NCBI RefSeq assembly: GCF_036321535.1
Contig: NC_087436.1
Span: 77,192,001-77,256,000, forward strand
Direction of reading: 5' to 3'
Origin: Camelus dromedarius
Taxonomy: Eukaryota
DNA: 64,000 nucleotides
The notes beneath the pieces were generated by a model, which was not told where the DNA came from, did not search any database, and worked only from the letters and a program-made list of their open reading frames with translations. Positions 53,209 to 64,000 of the stretch are shown here, piece after piece. The translations under genes and the position numbers were made by a program. Within the stretch, counting starts at the first letter, position 1. Every line of letters starts with the position of its first letter.

Positions 53209-53604
53209 GATTCAGAGTAGTTAAGAAGCTGCACCAAAGTAGAGTTCCAGGCACAGGTTGTACCACAGGAATTCCACCAATCATTTAAATATCAGATAGT
53301 CCCAGGTAATAGTTAGACTACTTCAGAGCACTAAAAAAGAAGAGAAACTTCTATATTCATCTTATGAAGTGTGTTTAACACTGATTCACAAACCTTACAA
53401 AGCTTTTATGTAAAAAGATATCTACTGACTAACTTTGCTTATGAATATGATACAGAAATCTTAAAATCCAACAGTGCATTAAAAAATAATATATCATGAT
53501 TAAGTGCAGTTTGTCCTATAATTCAAGGGTGAGTCAATAGGAGACAGGAAACAATAAAATCCATAATATAAATAGTGCAAAGGAGAAAAATCTCCATCAT
53601 TTTT

Positions 53605-54120
53605 ATTTTGATTATTTATTACTGCAAATGAAACCATTCCCAAACTCAGTGATTAATAGTAATAATTTATTTAGTTGCTCATGATTCTGCAATTTGGACA
53701 TATTTTGGTGGGGACAGCTTATCTTTTATTCCAAGTTGCTTCTATTGGAGCTAGAGTATCCAGGATGGCTTCTTCAGTTACCTGTCTTCTCAGCTGGGAT
53801 GTTTTGGGGCTGGCCAAGCAAATATCTCTCTTCATGTGGACTCTCCATTAGCTGGCTTGGCCTTCCATATAACATGACAGATTCAGGGTGGTAGGACTTC
53901 TTAACACATGGTGACTGGCTTCCCCAATGTGCAAAAGTGGAAGCTTTGAGTCCTTTTAAATATCACTTCTTAATGTCACTCCTGCTATATTGTGTAGGTC
54001 AAAGAGAGGAGTAGATTCTACCCCTTAATGGGAGAGAGCAAAGCTTATGTTACAAAATAACATAATAACATGTGCGATGAGAGATATCATTGCAACCATC
54101 TTTAGACACATAAGCTGTGA
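53605..54120 (-). mobile_element. MLT1G/H-like MaLR LTR
   Basis: 'ccaaactcagtgatt...gctcatgattctgcaatttgg...gcttggccttccatataacatg...gagatatcattgcaaccatcttt'. Confidence 0.78.
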
Positions 54121-55425
54121 TATTAAGAAATTTAAAGCAATCCTGGTGAATGATCATCAGTTTTTGGGTTTTTTCTTTAAACTAGAAATTTAAAGTTCAT
54201 TTGGAAAAAGCAAATAAGCAAGAATATCTACAAAAACCCTGAAGAAGAATAGCATGAGAGGGAGTTACTTTACCAGATATTAGAACATATAGCTTCTATA
54301 ATCAAGATAGTGTTGTACTGATGCACAAAGCAACTGAACAAAATAGAAAACACAGAAATAGACTCAAGTGTGTATCGAAAATTTTTTGATAGAGATGTCA
54401 TCTCAAATTAGTGTAAAAAATAAAAGTAGACTTTTAAATAAATGGTGTTGAGAATACCCAAGTGGACGAAATTAAAATCAAATTAATTTATTATACAGTA
54501 AAGTATGGTAAATTCCAAGGAATTAGAGATATAAATGTTAAAATAAATAAAAAATAAACCATTCAAGTTCTAGAAGAAAACATACGTGAATCCTCCAAAA
54601 TCTACAAGTGATTCAAAATCTAGTCAGTAAGGGAAAGACTGATAATTTTAATAACACATAAATAAAACATTTTCTTGGTAAAAATGCGTTCTAAGCAAAG
54701 TAGGATTACAAGTGAAAAACTGGGAAAATATTGATAATTCATATCATAGAGAAGAGCTAACGTTCTTCATGTTTAAAGAAAAAAATAAAAAAAGAGACCA
54801 AGAATATTATAGAAAAATAAGGTATCAATATGCAGTTCATAGAAAAAGAAATGTAAATAGTGTAAACATATGAAAATATGTTCATTTTTGTTTATAATAA
54901 GATAAATACAAAAAGTATACTCAGTTTCTCACCTGTCAAATCAGCAAAAATCTAATAGCTTTAGAACATACTTTGTTGATGAGGCTATGCAGAAACTTAT
55001 AAATGGTGCTCATAAATGACAGGATGTCTGCAAAATGGCCCAACCGATTGAAGGAGAATTTGATAATATTTAGCAAAATAAAATACTCATGTACTCTTTG
55101 ACCAGGAATTCTACACCTAGGAATTTATCCCAAAGATAAACTGGCAAAAAATGTGAAATGACCTATGCTCAAAGCTATACACTAAAGCAGTGTTCGTCAT
55201 AACAGATAACAGGGAACAACCCCAGTGACCATCAGTAGCCATGTGACTATACTGTGATCTATCCCTATAATAGAGTTCTGTGCAACTGAAAAAGGAGTGA
55301 AAATGTCTCTTACTACTATAGAATAATTCCCTGAATATACTGCTAAGTAAAAAAAGCAAGGTTGAGATAAATGGGTATAAGGTGCTACTACTTACATAAA
55401 TAAATACAGAAGTAGCTAGCTAGGT

Positions 55426-55485
<60 letters not shown>
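55426..55485. repeat. (GATA)15 tetranucleotide microsatellite
   Basis: Perfect 60-bp GATA run counted directly. Confidence 0.96.
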
Positions 55486-56019
55486 TGCATGCTTATATTT
55501 AAAAAAATAGCAGTTAACAAAGCAATATAAAGCAAGTCCCTTGTTTAAAATGATGATCTATATTGAAAAGAGGCAATGGAATAGGATAGAGGGCATTGGG
55601 GGAGATGCAAGCTAGACTTCTTTAAGTCTCTAAATTGCAGATTTGACTTTAGAATTCTAAGAATATTTCATATAATTGTAAGGAAAATTTTAAAATATCT
55701 TAAAAAATGAAATAAAATCAATAAATGAACCTTATATATCTAGCTGGTATCATAGCTGTAAAGAAGGGAACTTTTCCATGTGTAGTGACTTTAAAACAGA
55801 ATATTCTGGCCATACATTCCTAATGGGATATAGCCTAAGGAAAAAAAAGATCTGCAAAACATTTCAGAGTGTTTGCAAAGCATATTGTTGATGCTAATAT
55901 TGGCAATTTTATTTTGAGACTCTATTTATGATAAAGCAAATGAGTCATTATGTCAGTGTTTTTGAACCTCGGGATTTTTGTTTGGGATGAAAGGAGATTA
56001 TGGTTGTCAGTATAATGCA

Positions 56020-56340
56020 GCTAGTACAGGGAATGTAATTAACTGAGGGCCCCATCAGATGCTCTTTGAAACCTGTTGTTCAGGCCACACCTCCCACAGG
56101 CTGCTTTCCCCCAAGGACTGAGTGTGGCAGGGATATTAAGGGTGGATCTATCTCTGGAAGCCATATCTCTTTATTGGTTGACTTTGGTTCAAGGACAAAG
56201 ATGTGGCTCTTCTGAACCTTCTTTAGTATGACGGTTTAGGTTACTTTCTCTTTCTCCCACTCCCCTCATTTTAATGTCGTCTTATTTTTTCTAAACTCTC
56301 TTTATCACTAAGGGTCAGACTTGCATCCCAGTACTGCAGC
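56020..56340 (+). mobile_element. LTR16-like ERVL LTR, 3'-truncated
   Basis: 'ccacacctcccacaggctgct...gactgagtgtggcaggga...gactttggttcaaggac...gggtcagacttgcatc'. Confidence 0.75.
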
Positions 56341-56641
56341 TTTTATTAAAGGGGTAACACAGGGGTTAATACAGAGGACATCAGACAACAAGCCTTCCTA
56401 ACAATCTTTAGTTATCTTTCCACCCAAGGTCCCACACCAGTACTCCTCTTCTTCCATCCAGTGCCCCTTCATCTGTATGAGGACCCACATGTCCACTATT
56501 CCTGATGCAGGATAGTCCCCATCACCGTGCATAGTTGTGGAGAAATGCAGTGTAGGCTTTCGCTTTGATTGCTGTTCTCTGGTGATGAGTTGCCTCCTGG
56601 AATCCAATTGTATCAAATTCTCTTCCTCTCTCTATGGAATC
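56325..56641 (-). other. Candidate terminal exon with polyA signal, possibly within an ancient antisense LTR spanning ~56341-56912
   Basis: Acceptor-like taatttttgaaag|ATT at 56641 and minus-strand AATAAA at 56342-56347. One frame reads SIERGREFDTIGFQEATHHQRTAIKAKAYTAFLHNYAR*. No recognised homology. Confidence 0.25.
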
Positions 56642-57466
56642 TTTCAAAAATTATTAAGGAGACACACACACATAGAGAGTAGGTATAAATATCATAAAGA
56701 TGTTAAACTTCAAGAACTTCAGCTTTCTAAAGCGTCATCTGCAGGACCAGCCTCAGTGTTCTACGGAGCAATAAGGCTGATTCCCATGAATAGGATAGGA
56801 ATCACAGATTCCCACAGATAGGAACCACAGATCAAGAGGAGTTTGGAGGCAAGCATATCAAACAAGGGGTTACTTTCCTTGCTTTCTATTTTCTCATTGG
56901 CTTTCCCTGTATAAATATAACCAGAAGATCAGAGAGTATATTTTAAGCCAAATAAAAGATTTAGCTGCCTCCTAGAAGACAGTAAATAGCAAAGTTATAT
57001 TTTACTGTGTTTACAGAATAAAATCAAACATATTCAGAAACTAAGAACATTTATTTCCTCTCTAAGCAACCTTTTTTCCCCCCTTAAAGTGTGAGAACAT
57101 CTTAACCTACCATATTCAAGAATTAACTAAAGAAACTTGCCAAATGAAGTGTTTCAAAAAATGAGGAGTTCAGAGACACTTTCTCAACACAGAAGCCAAC
57201 CCTCAAAGAAAAGCACAAGTTTTCATCCAGGGGGAGTGGAGTTTGACATAAGATACCTCAGATTTCAGGACTCCCACTTGGGTTTTCCTCGAAATAGAAA
57301 ATGAAAAGAAACAGCTGTCCAGCATGCACGTTAGTGCTTCTAGTCTTTCGTCTGTGTGCTTCCGACAGTTGAAGTTTTTCCCGGAGATGCTGATAGCTTT
57401 ACTGTGCATTTGAAAATTTAAAAACTCCTTCACATAGAAAAGAGTGGCGAAAGGGGTGCTATTTAC

Positions 57467-57539
57467 CTACTTAATGGAAATTTGATTCTCATTCCTTCTC
57501 ACTGATAAATGAATCTTGTTTCTCAACTAGTCTTCTTTT
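57467..57539 (-). other. Candidate exon (phase 0, KRRLVEKQDSFISEKE*)
   Basis: aactttcag|AAAAGA ... TAG|gtaaat; stop at 57491-57489. The acceptor is weak because another AG lies 10 nt upstream. Confidence 0.2.
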
Positions 57540-57974
57540 CTGAAAGTTACTGGAATTTAAATTGATGACCTCCTGGAAATTCCATGGAAATCACAGTTTG
57601 TAGTGTAGAAGTTCCTAACTCATAAATCTCTCCAAATGTAATCCTGACTGACTTGAAGCCTAAGGAACATTCTTTCAATTATATTTTAAGAAAAGAAAGA
57701 AAGAAAAGCAACAAAGAATATCTTACAAGACAAGAGATTCAAAAACCACACATTGGATTTAGGCCCACTATTTTTTTCCTCTTAGATCTTCAAAAAAGTA
57801 AACCCCTGGCATTAAAGGTGGATTCTCCTATTGAATTTATGCTCAAAGGGAAGGAAACCGGCTGCTTTTTCCCTTCTATACAATTTCTGGTATTCACTGT
57901 AGCTTTCAGAGGGCATACAAATCAGACATAAAAGTATGTGCATACAAAACATAAAAGTAATCAGGGAAATGAAA

Positions 57975-58720
57975 ATTAAAATATGGTGAGATAGTAGGAC
58001 AAACACACTGAATTGTTCAATATTAAAAAGCCCAAAAATGCAACATTTTAGGAATGATGTGGAGCTAAAAAGAACTCTGTCGCTCTGGCAGTGGGAATGT
58101 AAATTGGTTCAGCCAGTTTGGAAATAAGTTGACATTATTTTGGAAAGTTAAAGTTACAGGTATCCTACAACACAGCTATCCCATTGCTTGTTACACATCT
58201 TAAAGAAATTTATGCTCAGGACACACAGAAAGGAAATTCTAGCTGCCTGTTTATAATAGACACAAATGAGAAACAACTCTGAGGTCTATGTTAATAAAAA
58301 GGATAAATAAATAGTTGTATATTCATATAAAAGAATACAATGAAAATGAGATACAGCTATATTCATCAACATTTTGGGAACATATAAAAATATTAATGAA
58401 AGAAACAATACATTAAAAATATACACTTCATGATCCATTTATAGAAAGTTCAAAAACAGGCAAATTAAACTATATTGTTTGGAGTAAGTGCTTAAAAAGA
58501 ATGATGATGAAAGTTGAAGACAGATAAGGGAAAAGCATGGGAGTGAGTATCATAAGAGTGAGAAAGTAGTTACCAAGGAGAAGTAGTTGTGAGCAGGAAG
58601 GAGTGAGCAGGGGTTCTGGGGTGTAGTCATTGTTCTATTCCTTGACCTAGGTGATGAGTTACAGGGGTTGGCTTTGTAATAATTGATTAACTCAATATTT
58701 TAGTTTTATGCTGTTTTTAA
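57975..58720 (+). mobile_element. Old L1ME-type 3' relic
   Basis: 'gtgggaatgtaaattggttcagccagtttggaaa...atccatttatagaaagttcaaaaacaggcaaa...tgttctattccttgacctaggtgatg'. Confidence 0.85.
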
Positions 58721-59006
58721 CATATGTTAGTTATAAAGGTTATATCCCAGCTATAAAGGTTAAAGAACTCCTGAAATGAGTATATTATTTTCGTATAAAT
58801 TCACATTCAAGATAAGGAACAGGAAGTTTTTCTCTATGATATTTGAAGCAAATTCCTATGGTCTGTCTTTTTTTTTTTTTTTTTTTTGTATGGTTATCTG
58901 GCTTGAAATTGTTTGCACGTTGCTAAAGATAGCTGGAGAAGAACAAATAGCTGACTTCAGTAACTTAATCTAGCATACCTCAGGAGGTAAAGCCTTGTTA
59001 ACTTAC

Positions 59007-59112
59007 CCCACATGATAAAAGAAAATTTGAAATAGTTCCAAGTTGTACCAAAGAGGTGATAAGGCAAGCAAGACAGAATATTACAAGAAAAACAAGATGT
59101 GGGAAATGAGTT
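59007..59112 (-). other. Candidate internal exon, 106 nt, strongest of the set
   Basis: Near-consensus acceptor attctttctcccttcag|A and donor GGG|gtaagt; two of three frames open. Confidence 0.4.
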
Positions 59113-59130
59113 CTGAAGGGAGAAAGAATA

Positions 59131-59526
59131 TGCTATGAATAGAATTGTGTGCCTCCCCCAAAGCCCCTGCCCTGCCCAATTCCTGTGTTAAAACCCTGGC
59201 CCCTATGTGATGGTATTTGGAGACTGAAGTTTGGGAGGTAATTCCGTTTAGATGAGATTATGATGGTGGGGCCCTCACGATGGGTCCGGTGCTCATCTGA
59301 GAGGAGACACCAGAGAGCTTGCTCTTGTTCTCTCTGTGCCACGTGAGATGAGGACACAGTGAGAAGGCAGCCATCTGCAAGCCAAAGAGAGCTCTCTCCA
59401 GAAACAGAACATGCTGGTACCCTGACCTTGGACTTCCAGTGTCCAGAACTGTGATAAACGGATTTCTGTTACTGAAGCCACCCGGTTTGTGGTATTTTAT
59501 CATGGCAGACTGAGCTGGCTAATACA
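59131..59526 (+). mobile_element. MLT1A-like MaLR solo LTR
   Basis: 'tgctatgaatagaattgtgt...gaggacacagtgagaaggcagccatctgcaagccaa...ttggacttccagtgtccagaactgtga...ctaataca'. Confidence 0.9.
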
Positions 59527-59636
59527 GAGCAAATACACAAGGACACAGTGAGAAAAGGAATGTGAAGATTTATCAATGTTAGAGATGTTTATAAAATATT
59601 TTTTGGGGGGGAAAGTAAAATCTTGTTCCTCCTCAC

Positions 59637-59784
59637 TTATAGAAAGGATAATACAAAAGGTATCGTGCAGTCCTGGAGAAAATGTACAGGATCATCTCTC
59701 TCAGGTAGAGCAACAGGTACCCTGCATGAAAGTACTGTGAACATATATCTCCATACTTAATACTCAAACATTCAAATGAATTGT
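59637..59784 (-). other. Candidate internal exon, 148 nt
   Basis: gaatttttag|AC ... TAA|gtgagg; single open frame NSFECLSIKYGDICSQYFHAGYLLLYLREMILYIFSRTARYLLYYPFY. Confidence 0.25.
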
Positions 59785-60566
59785 CTAAAAATTCATACAT
59801 TGTTTTAAGTAAAATCATATTTTTATCAAGTTTGCAAACAATTTTTCCATTTTAGCCTCTAAAAAAATCGGAATTATATTTCTCGAGACCAAACAAATAC
59901 AAACACATAACAAATAGTTTTGCCAGTGAACATACCATGGGGAATAAAGCTATTTCTGAAAACTGCCTTTTCATAAATAAGTGTGTTTGTTTCTTAAGAT
60001 GATAATATTACAGTTTTTATAATAAACATTTTACTTATCTACTATTTTTTACTTTAATCTCCACTACATGTTTCCAAACTGAGTATACAAAAACATCCTT
60101 TTAAAGAAACTGAGGCTTAGAGAAGTTGAATTACATATTTAAATGAGTGCTAATGAGTTGAATATAAATTCGAGAAATATGAAATGTGAATGTGGGACAC
60201 ATAACATAATTAACTCATAAAACTAGTAGCCTTATTTTTGAGGATTAAGAATACATTTAGTCATTCATGTAGAATTATATAAATGTGTTTAGCTAATGAT
60301 TAGACAAGGTTGGTAAAAATTAACTCATCCATATCACTTTTACCCCACTTGAAAGTGTGGTGGAGTGAAAACAGCAAAGATGGAGTATTTGCCTTTATAA
60401 AACTTACAATCCTAAGATTTTGTAGCAGAACTATTTCACTTCTTGAGGAAGTAACTCCTTTTGTAATATTTATTTAAGCAAGGTTTCTCAGGTCACTGAC
60501 TGTTAAATAAATCTAGTTAAGTAAGAGTAATACATGTTAAAGATTTAAGAATTCCTTACTACATAC

Positions 60567-60671
60567 CCTGTATTACCTTTCTTTTCCAGTATTTCTCCTT
60601 GCTGAGAAGTTTCAGGTTCTCATCTGTAGCATGCTGTAGTAATTGATAATGTATATAACTTTTTTTCTCTG
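60567..60671 (-). other. Candidate internal exon, 105 nt
   Basis: ctatttgcag|CAG ... AGG|gtatgt (alternative donor AAG|gtaata at 60577); single open frame EKKSYIHYQLLQHATDENLKLLSKEKYWKRKVIQ. Confidence 0.25.
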
Positions 60672-61249
60672 CTGCAAATAGCTTAGGGATTATAAAAGAC
60701 TTTATCCTCTCTGTTCCCAATTCATATACAAAATATTTGTATCTTCCTCATAGAAGTTATAGGAAATGATGTAAGTCTGTGTGTGTAACACTTGAATAAT
60801 ATTGAAGAGGAACAATTTGATCTTATTATATCTCCAGTGTAATAGTCACATTTCTTAGACTGATTGTAAATTAATGATGTTTGATGATTGCTGATAGAGT
60901 ATGATCATTTTAAACTACAAGTTTTACAGCTGCTAGGGACTTGGAGATTATTTAGCCCATCATGAAACCTAGGTTCAGAAAAACATGTTGACTTGGACTA
61001 CTCAGTTGGTAAATGAATAAGAATTAAAGACTGATACCTAAATTTCAGTTTAATTTCCATTATCTCATGCTTCCATTGAAAATACTTAACTTTCTGACTG
61101 GTTCAAAAGCAATTTATTTTAATTACGTAAGTGATACAGTCTCCTGGGATATCCTTAGAATATAACAGGTAAGATTAAAGTCTACTTTGATTACGAAGCC
61201 AATCCCTCAACAACATCTTTGTCAGATGGATTAGTGTTTTGCCTGGTGA

Positions 61250-61735
61250 ATGTCTCTGTTTAGATTAGTTTAGTTAAAAATAGTAGGAAAAAGCCCCAAA
61301 TGATAGTGGCAGAAACAAAATATAAACCCTTTTCCGTGTTATATTCCAGAAGTCCAGATGGTGTCAGTCAAAGCTGGGTTGGTTCTCCAAGGTGTCAAGG
61401 ACCATGCTCCTTTCTCTTGTTTCTCCATAATAGTGGCCTCCCACTTACGTCAGGATGGCAGCTGGAGCCACAGTCTTTCTATTGCATACTGACTTCAGGG
61501 AAAAATGGTACCCACTCCCTTTAAATACACTTCCTAAAAGTTGTGTATAATTTTCACTTGGTTCCCATTGTGCAAAAGTTAGTCATATGGATACAAATAG
61601 CTGAAAAAAAAAGGCTAGGAAATGTAGTCTTTATTCTAGGAAGCTACAGGTGAAAACTGAGGCTTTATTTTTACGAAGAAGGGAGAAGAGGGTATGCCAA
61701 GGTAAGTGTCCAGGGAAAGCAAAAATTCTACTACA
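61250..61735 (-). mobile_element. MLT1J-like MaLR LTR
   Basis: 'agaagtccagatggt...gatggcagctggagccacag...cccattgtgcaaaagttagtcatatgg...aggctaggaaatgtagtctttattct'. Confidence 0.75.
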
Positions 61736-62261
61736 GTTACTCCCTTTTCCTGTCCTGCCTAGGTATCTGCTAAAAACCTCAGCCATTAGTTAGTAAGAAA
61801 GCCAGGCCTGCCAGAGCATTAGGAGTTCCTTCCCTATTTTGAATGTTACCTAGTCATATATTCTGGCTTTTCATGTCTGACAGACCTGGGGATGATTTTG
61901 ATCTTCCTTGACACTCTCATAAACATCTATTCTCAGGAACAATAACAACAATGCAATAAAGCAGTAAGTTGCAAAATATGTAGTAAAATGAACAAGTCAC
62001 CAAATGATACTGTGTATGTTTTTATGGGTACACATATACAAATAAACAATAGGAAATAACCTTAAAGGATGCATGCAAACCTGATAATGATGGTTACCTT
62101 TGGTGTTTTGGCTTCAGGGTTGGTGATCAAATTGGACTTTAACTTATCTGCAATGTTCTAAAGATTTACAACAAAATAAAGTGTGTTTGAGGAAGTGGGA
62201 GGAGTGGGGAGTAGACTTACTATAAGGAAACTTTTAGGAGATCTGCAGTATCTTAACTGGA

Positions 62262-62650
62262 TACCAGTTGTATCAATTAGAGGTTTTGGTTGTGAGCAAG
62301 AAACCAATTCTAATGAAATAGATTTAAAAAGGGGATTTATTGGAGGAGCACTGATTATCGTAGATTTGAAGAGAAAGTTGAGTGATGAGGCTAAGTAGTT
62401 GGAATTAAGGATAATCACTACAACTCCAGTTGCTTTTCATCCTTGTGTCTCTCTGTTTATGATGTACATTCTCATGAGCTGAAGTGACACTGGTTAAACC
62501 TGAGGCATATTCATTAGCTGAAGTTTGGGAGGTAAGAGTTATAAGTGAGTGGGTACCTTGACTGACTGTTTACCAAAATTGGGGTTCTGTTATCAAAAAG
62601 TCAGGAGAGATATCAGGGAGGTAAAACCAACAGGTGTCTATAACTATCAC
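62262..62650 (-). mobile_element. MLT1K/L-like old MaLR relic
   Basis: 'tgtatcaattagaggttttggttgtgagcaagaaacc...aaaaaggggatttattggagga'. Confidence 0.6.
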
Positions 62651-63209
62651 AGAAGACCACATATGAAGGTCTATTTCATTCCTTCAACTATAATTTTTAG
62701 ATGGTCTGTGGGTCTATGGGAGCTAATTCTCTGTTCAAGCTTCACAGAGAATTTCTAACTCATTCTAGTTTTAAATATAGACCATAAGGAGGAAATTAGG
62801 TAGAAACTGACCAAGTGGTAAGATTATCTTGTGAGCAGTGGAGAAACAATACATGTTTTCTGGCCAAGCTACTGACAAAATGAATTTGATATTTTGAAGA
62901 TTTAATGTTAGAATAGTGCATAGGTGTATTGTCTCACTTTTGAATAGAACAGTAAATTGAGTATTTCTCAAATATCTGATTCTCTCTATTGGTACTAATT
63001 ACTAGTTATTTTTATGTATATTTAGATGTTTTGGACTATTAGTTGATGCTGACACTATAAGCCAAGGCACACAGAGCTAGAATAGAAGAAGCTGACAAGT
63101 TACGATCAACTTAATGGGTTGCATTTATAGATCAACAAACTAATTGGTAGGTTACATATTGTACATGGCTATGTTGATTTAAAGAAATCTGGTAGTAGCC
63201 TCTCTTTAA

Positions 63210-64000
63210 CTCTTCACAAAAAGAAATCACCAGGTCTACTTACCTTTTAAAATATTTTCCAAATCTATCCCTTCCTATTCTTACCACCACTGCTTTAAAT
63301 CAGGTCTTCATCGTCTCTTCTAAAGCCCCCTAATTAATCTTTCCATCGTGGTTCTTCTCCAGATTATATTTATCGCAGCCACTTGATATTTTTACTAGAA
63401 CACAAAGTTGACTGTCTTATTTCCTTGCATAAGACCCTTGTGGTTCAATATCTCCTAGAAGACAAGGTTCAAACTTCTTAGTGTAGCATGCAAGACCTTC
63501 CTGGAAAGGCAGTGTGGCCTCGTGGTTATAAGAATGGGTTTTAGAACCAGACTGCCTGGGTTTGAATATAGGTCTGCTCCTATTAGCTTTGTGACCTTAA
63601 CTAAGTATTTATAACAGTATGTGTATTCAAATGTTAGCTTTTATTTTTAATATTATATGATTTCTCCCTCATTTCCTGCACTTACCTTTTGACTTTTGCA
63701 ATTACCTAAGGGCACTTTGCAGTTTCATATCTCTCTTATAGTTACTGATAACTCTTTCCCTCTCCCACCACCCCAACTCCCAAGCTGGCTAATGCTATCT
63801 CATCTTTTAACATTTAGTTCAATAATTACTTGAAAGCTTAAGTTAAATGACTTTTCCTTGAATAGGTTGGATATTTCTCTTACGAACTCCTCAATATCCA
63901 TCCATATCTCTATTATTACAGTTATCCCATGATATTATACTACAGTGTTTCTGTATCTGTTCACCTCTTTGAGACCACAGGAACTTGAGAGGAGGAACTA
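63210..64000 (+). mobile_element. L2 relic with nested MIR (~63505-63640)
   Basis: L2 'aagacaaggttcaaacttcttagtgtagcatgcaagaccttc'; MIR 'gtggttataagaatgggttttagaaccagactgcctgggtttgaat...tgtgacctt'. Confidence 0.78.

Larger units (their letters stand above)
50030..55997 (+). mobile_element. Old LINE-1 (L1MC4/L1MC5-like) with three nested insertions
   Basis: ORF1-like end (tcagattgtcatcagattt; aaggattttatatccaaccaaact), endonuclease 'ataataggagactttaacac' (~51484), 'aaataaatggtgttgagaa' (~54436) and a long L1MC-type 3' UTR to ~55997. Confidence 0.82.

Noticed and set aside
56325..56641. Processed pseudogene interpretation of the AATAAA-terminated segment
   Set aside because: No poly(A) remnant or target-site duplication is visible downstream of the signal.
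59643..59716. + strand exon-like reading (cctcctcacttatag|...CAG|gtaccc; RIIQKVSCSPGENVQDHLSQVEQQ)
   Set aside because: It overlaps the minus-strand candidate, has no partner exons and no recognised homology. It cannot be excluded but is unsupported.
63027..63147. + strand AG...GT exon-like segment
   Set aside because: Stops in all three frames; at best non-coding, with no supporting evidence.
1..64000. CRISPR arrays, operons, tRNA/rRNA genes, CpG-island promoter
   Set aside because: None seen. The DNA is mammalian and CpG-depleted throughout, and the tRNA-like box motifs belong to MIR heads.

Overview
AT-rich, CpG-poor mammalian (eutherian) DNA, probably intergenic or deep intronic, dominated by decayed transposable elements. 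It holds three large + strand LINE-1 relics (L1MC1-like 1-4.5 kb, near-full-length L1MA9-like 15.9-21.9 kb, L1MC4/5-like 50-56 kb), six short younger L1 3' fragments, many L2/MIR/L3 relics, MaLR/ERVL/ERV1 solo LTRs, DNA-transposon MITEs and microsatellites. The young L1 3' ends, and the lack of any recognisable Alu, B1, Bov-tA/BovB, PRE-1 or Can-SINE, suggest a cetartiodactyl, most likely a camelid (inference). Repeat family names are recalled from consensus sequences, not taken from a search, and most boundaries are approximate. I recognise no known protein-coding or RNA gene; the ORF track is L1 debris or chance. Most worth checking: an unidentified phase-compatible chain of minus-strand exon-like segments at 60.7-56.3 kb ending at an AATAAA, a probable L1 3' transduction at 44.35-44.49 kb, and a three-layer nested insertion with a CpG-retaining solo LTR at 52.4-53.2 kb. 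I found no convincing evidence of a new biological system.
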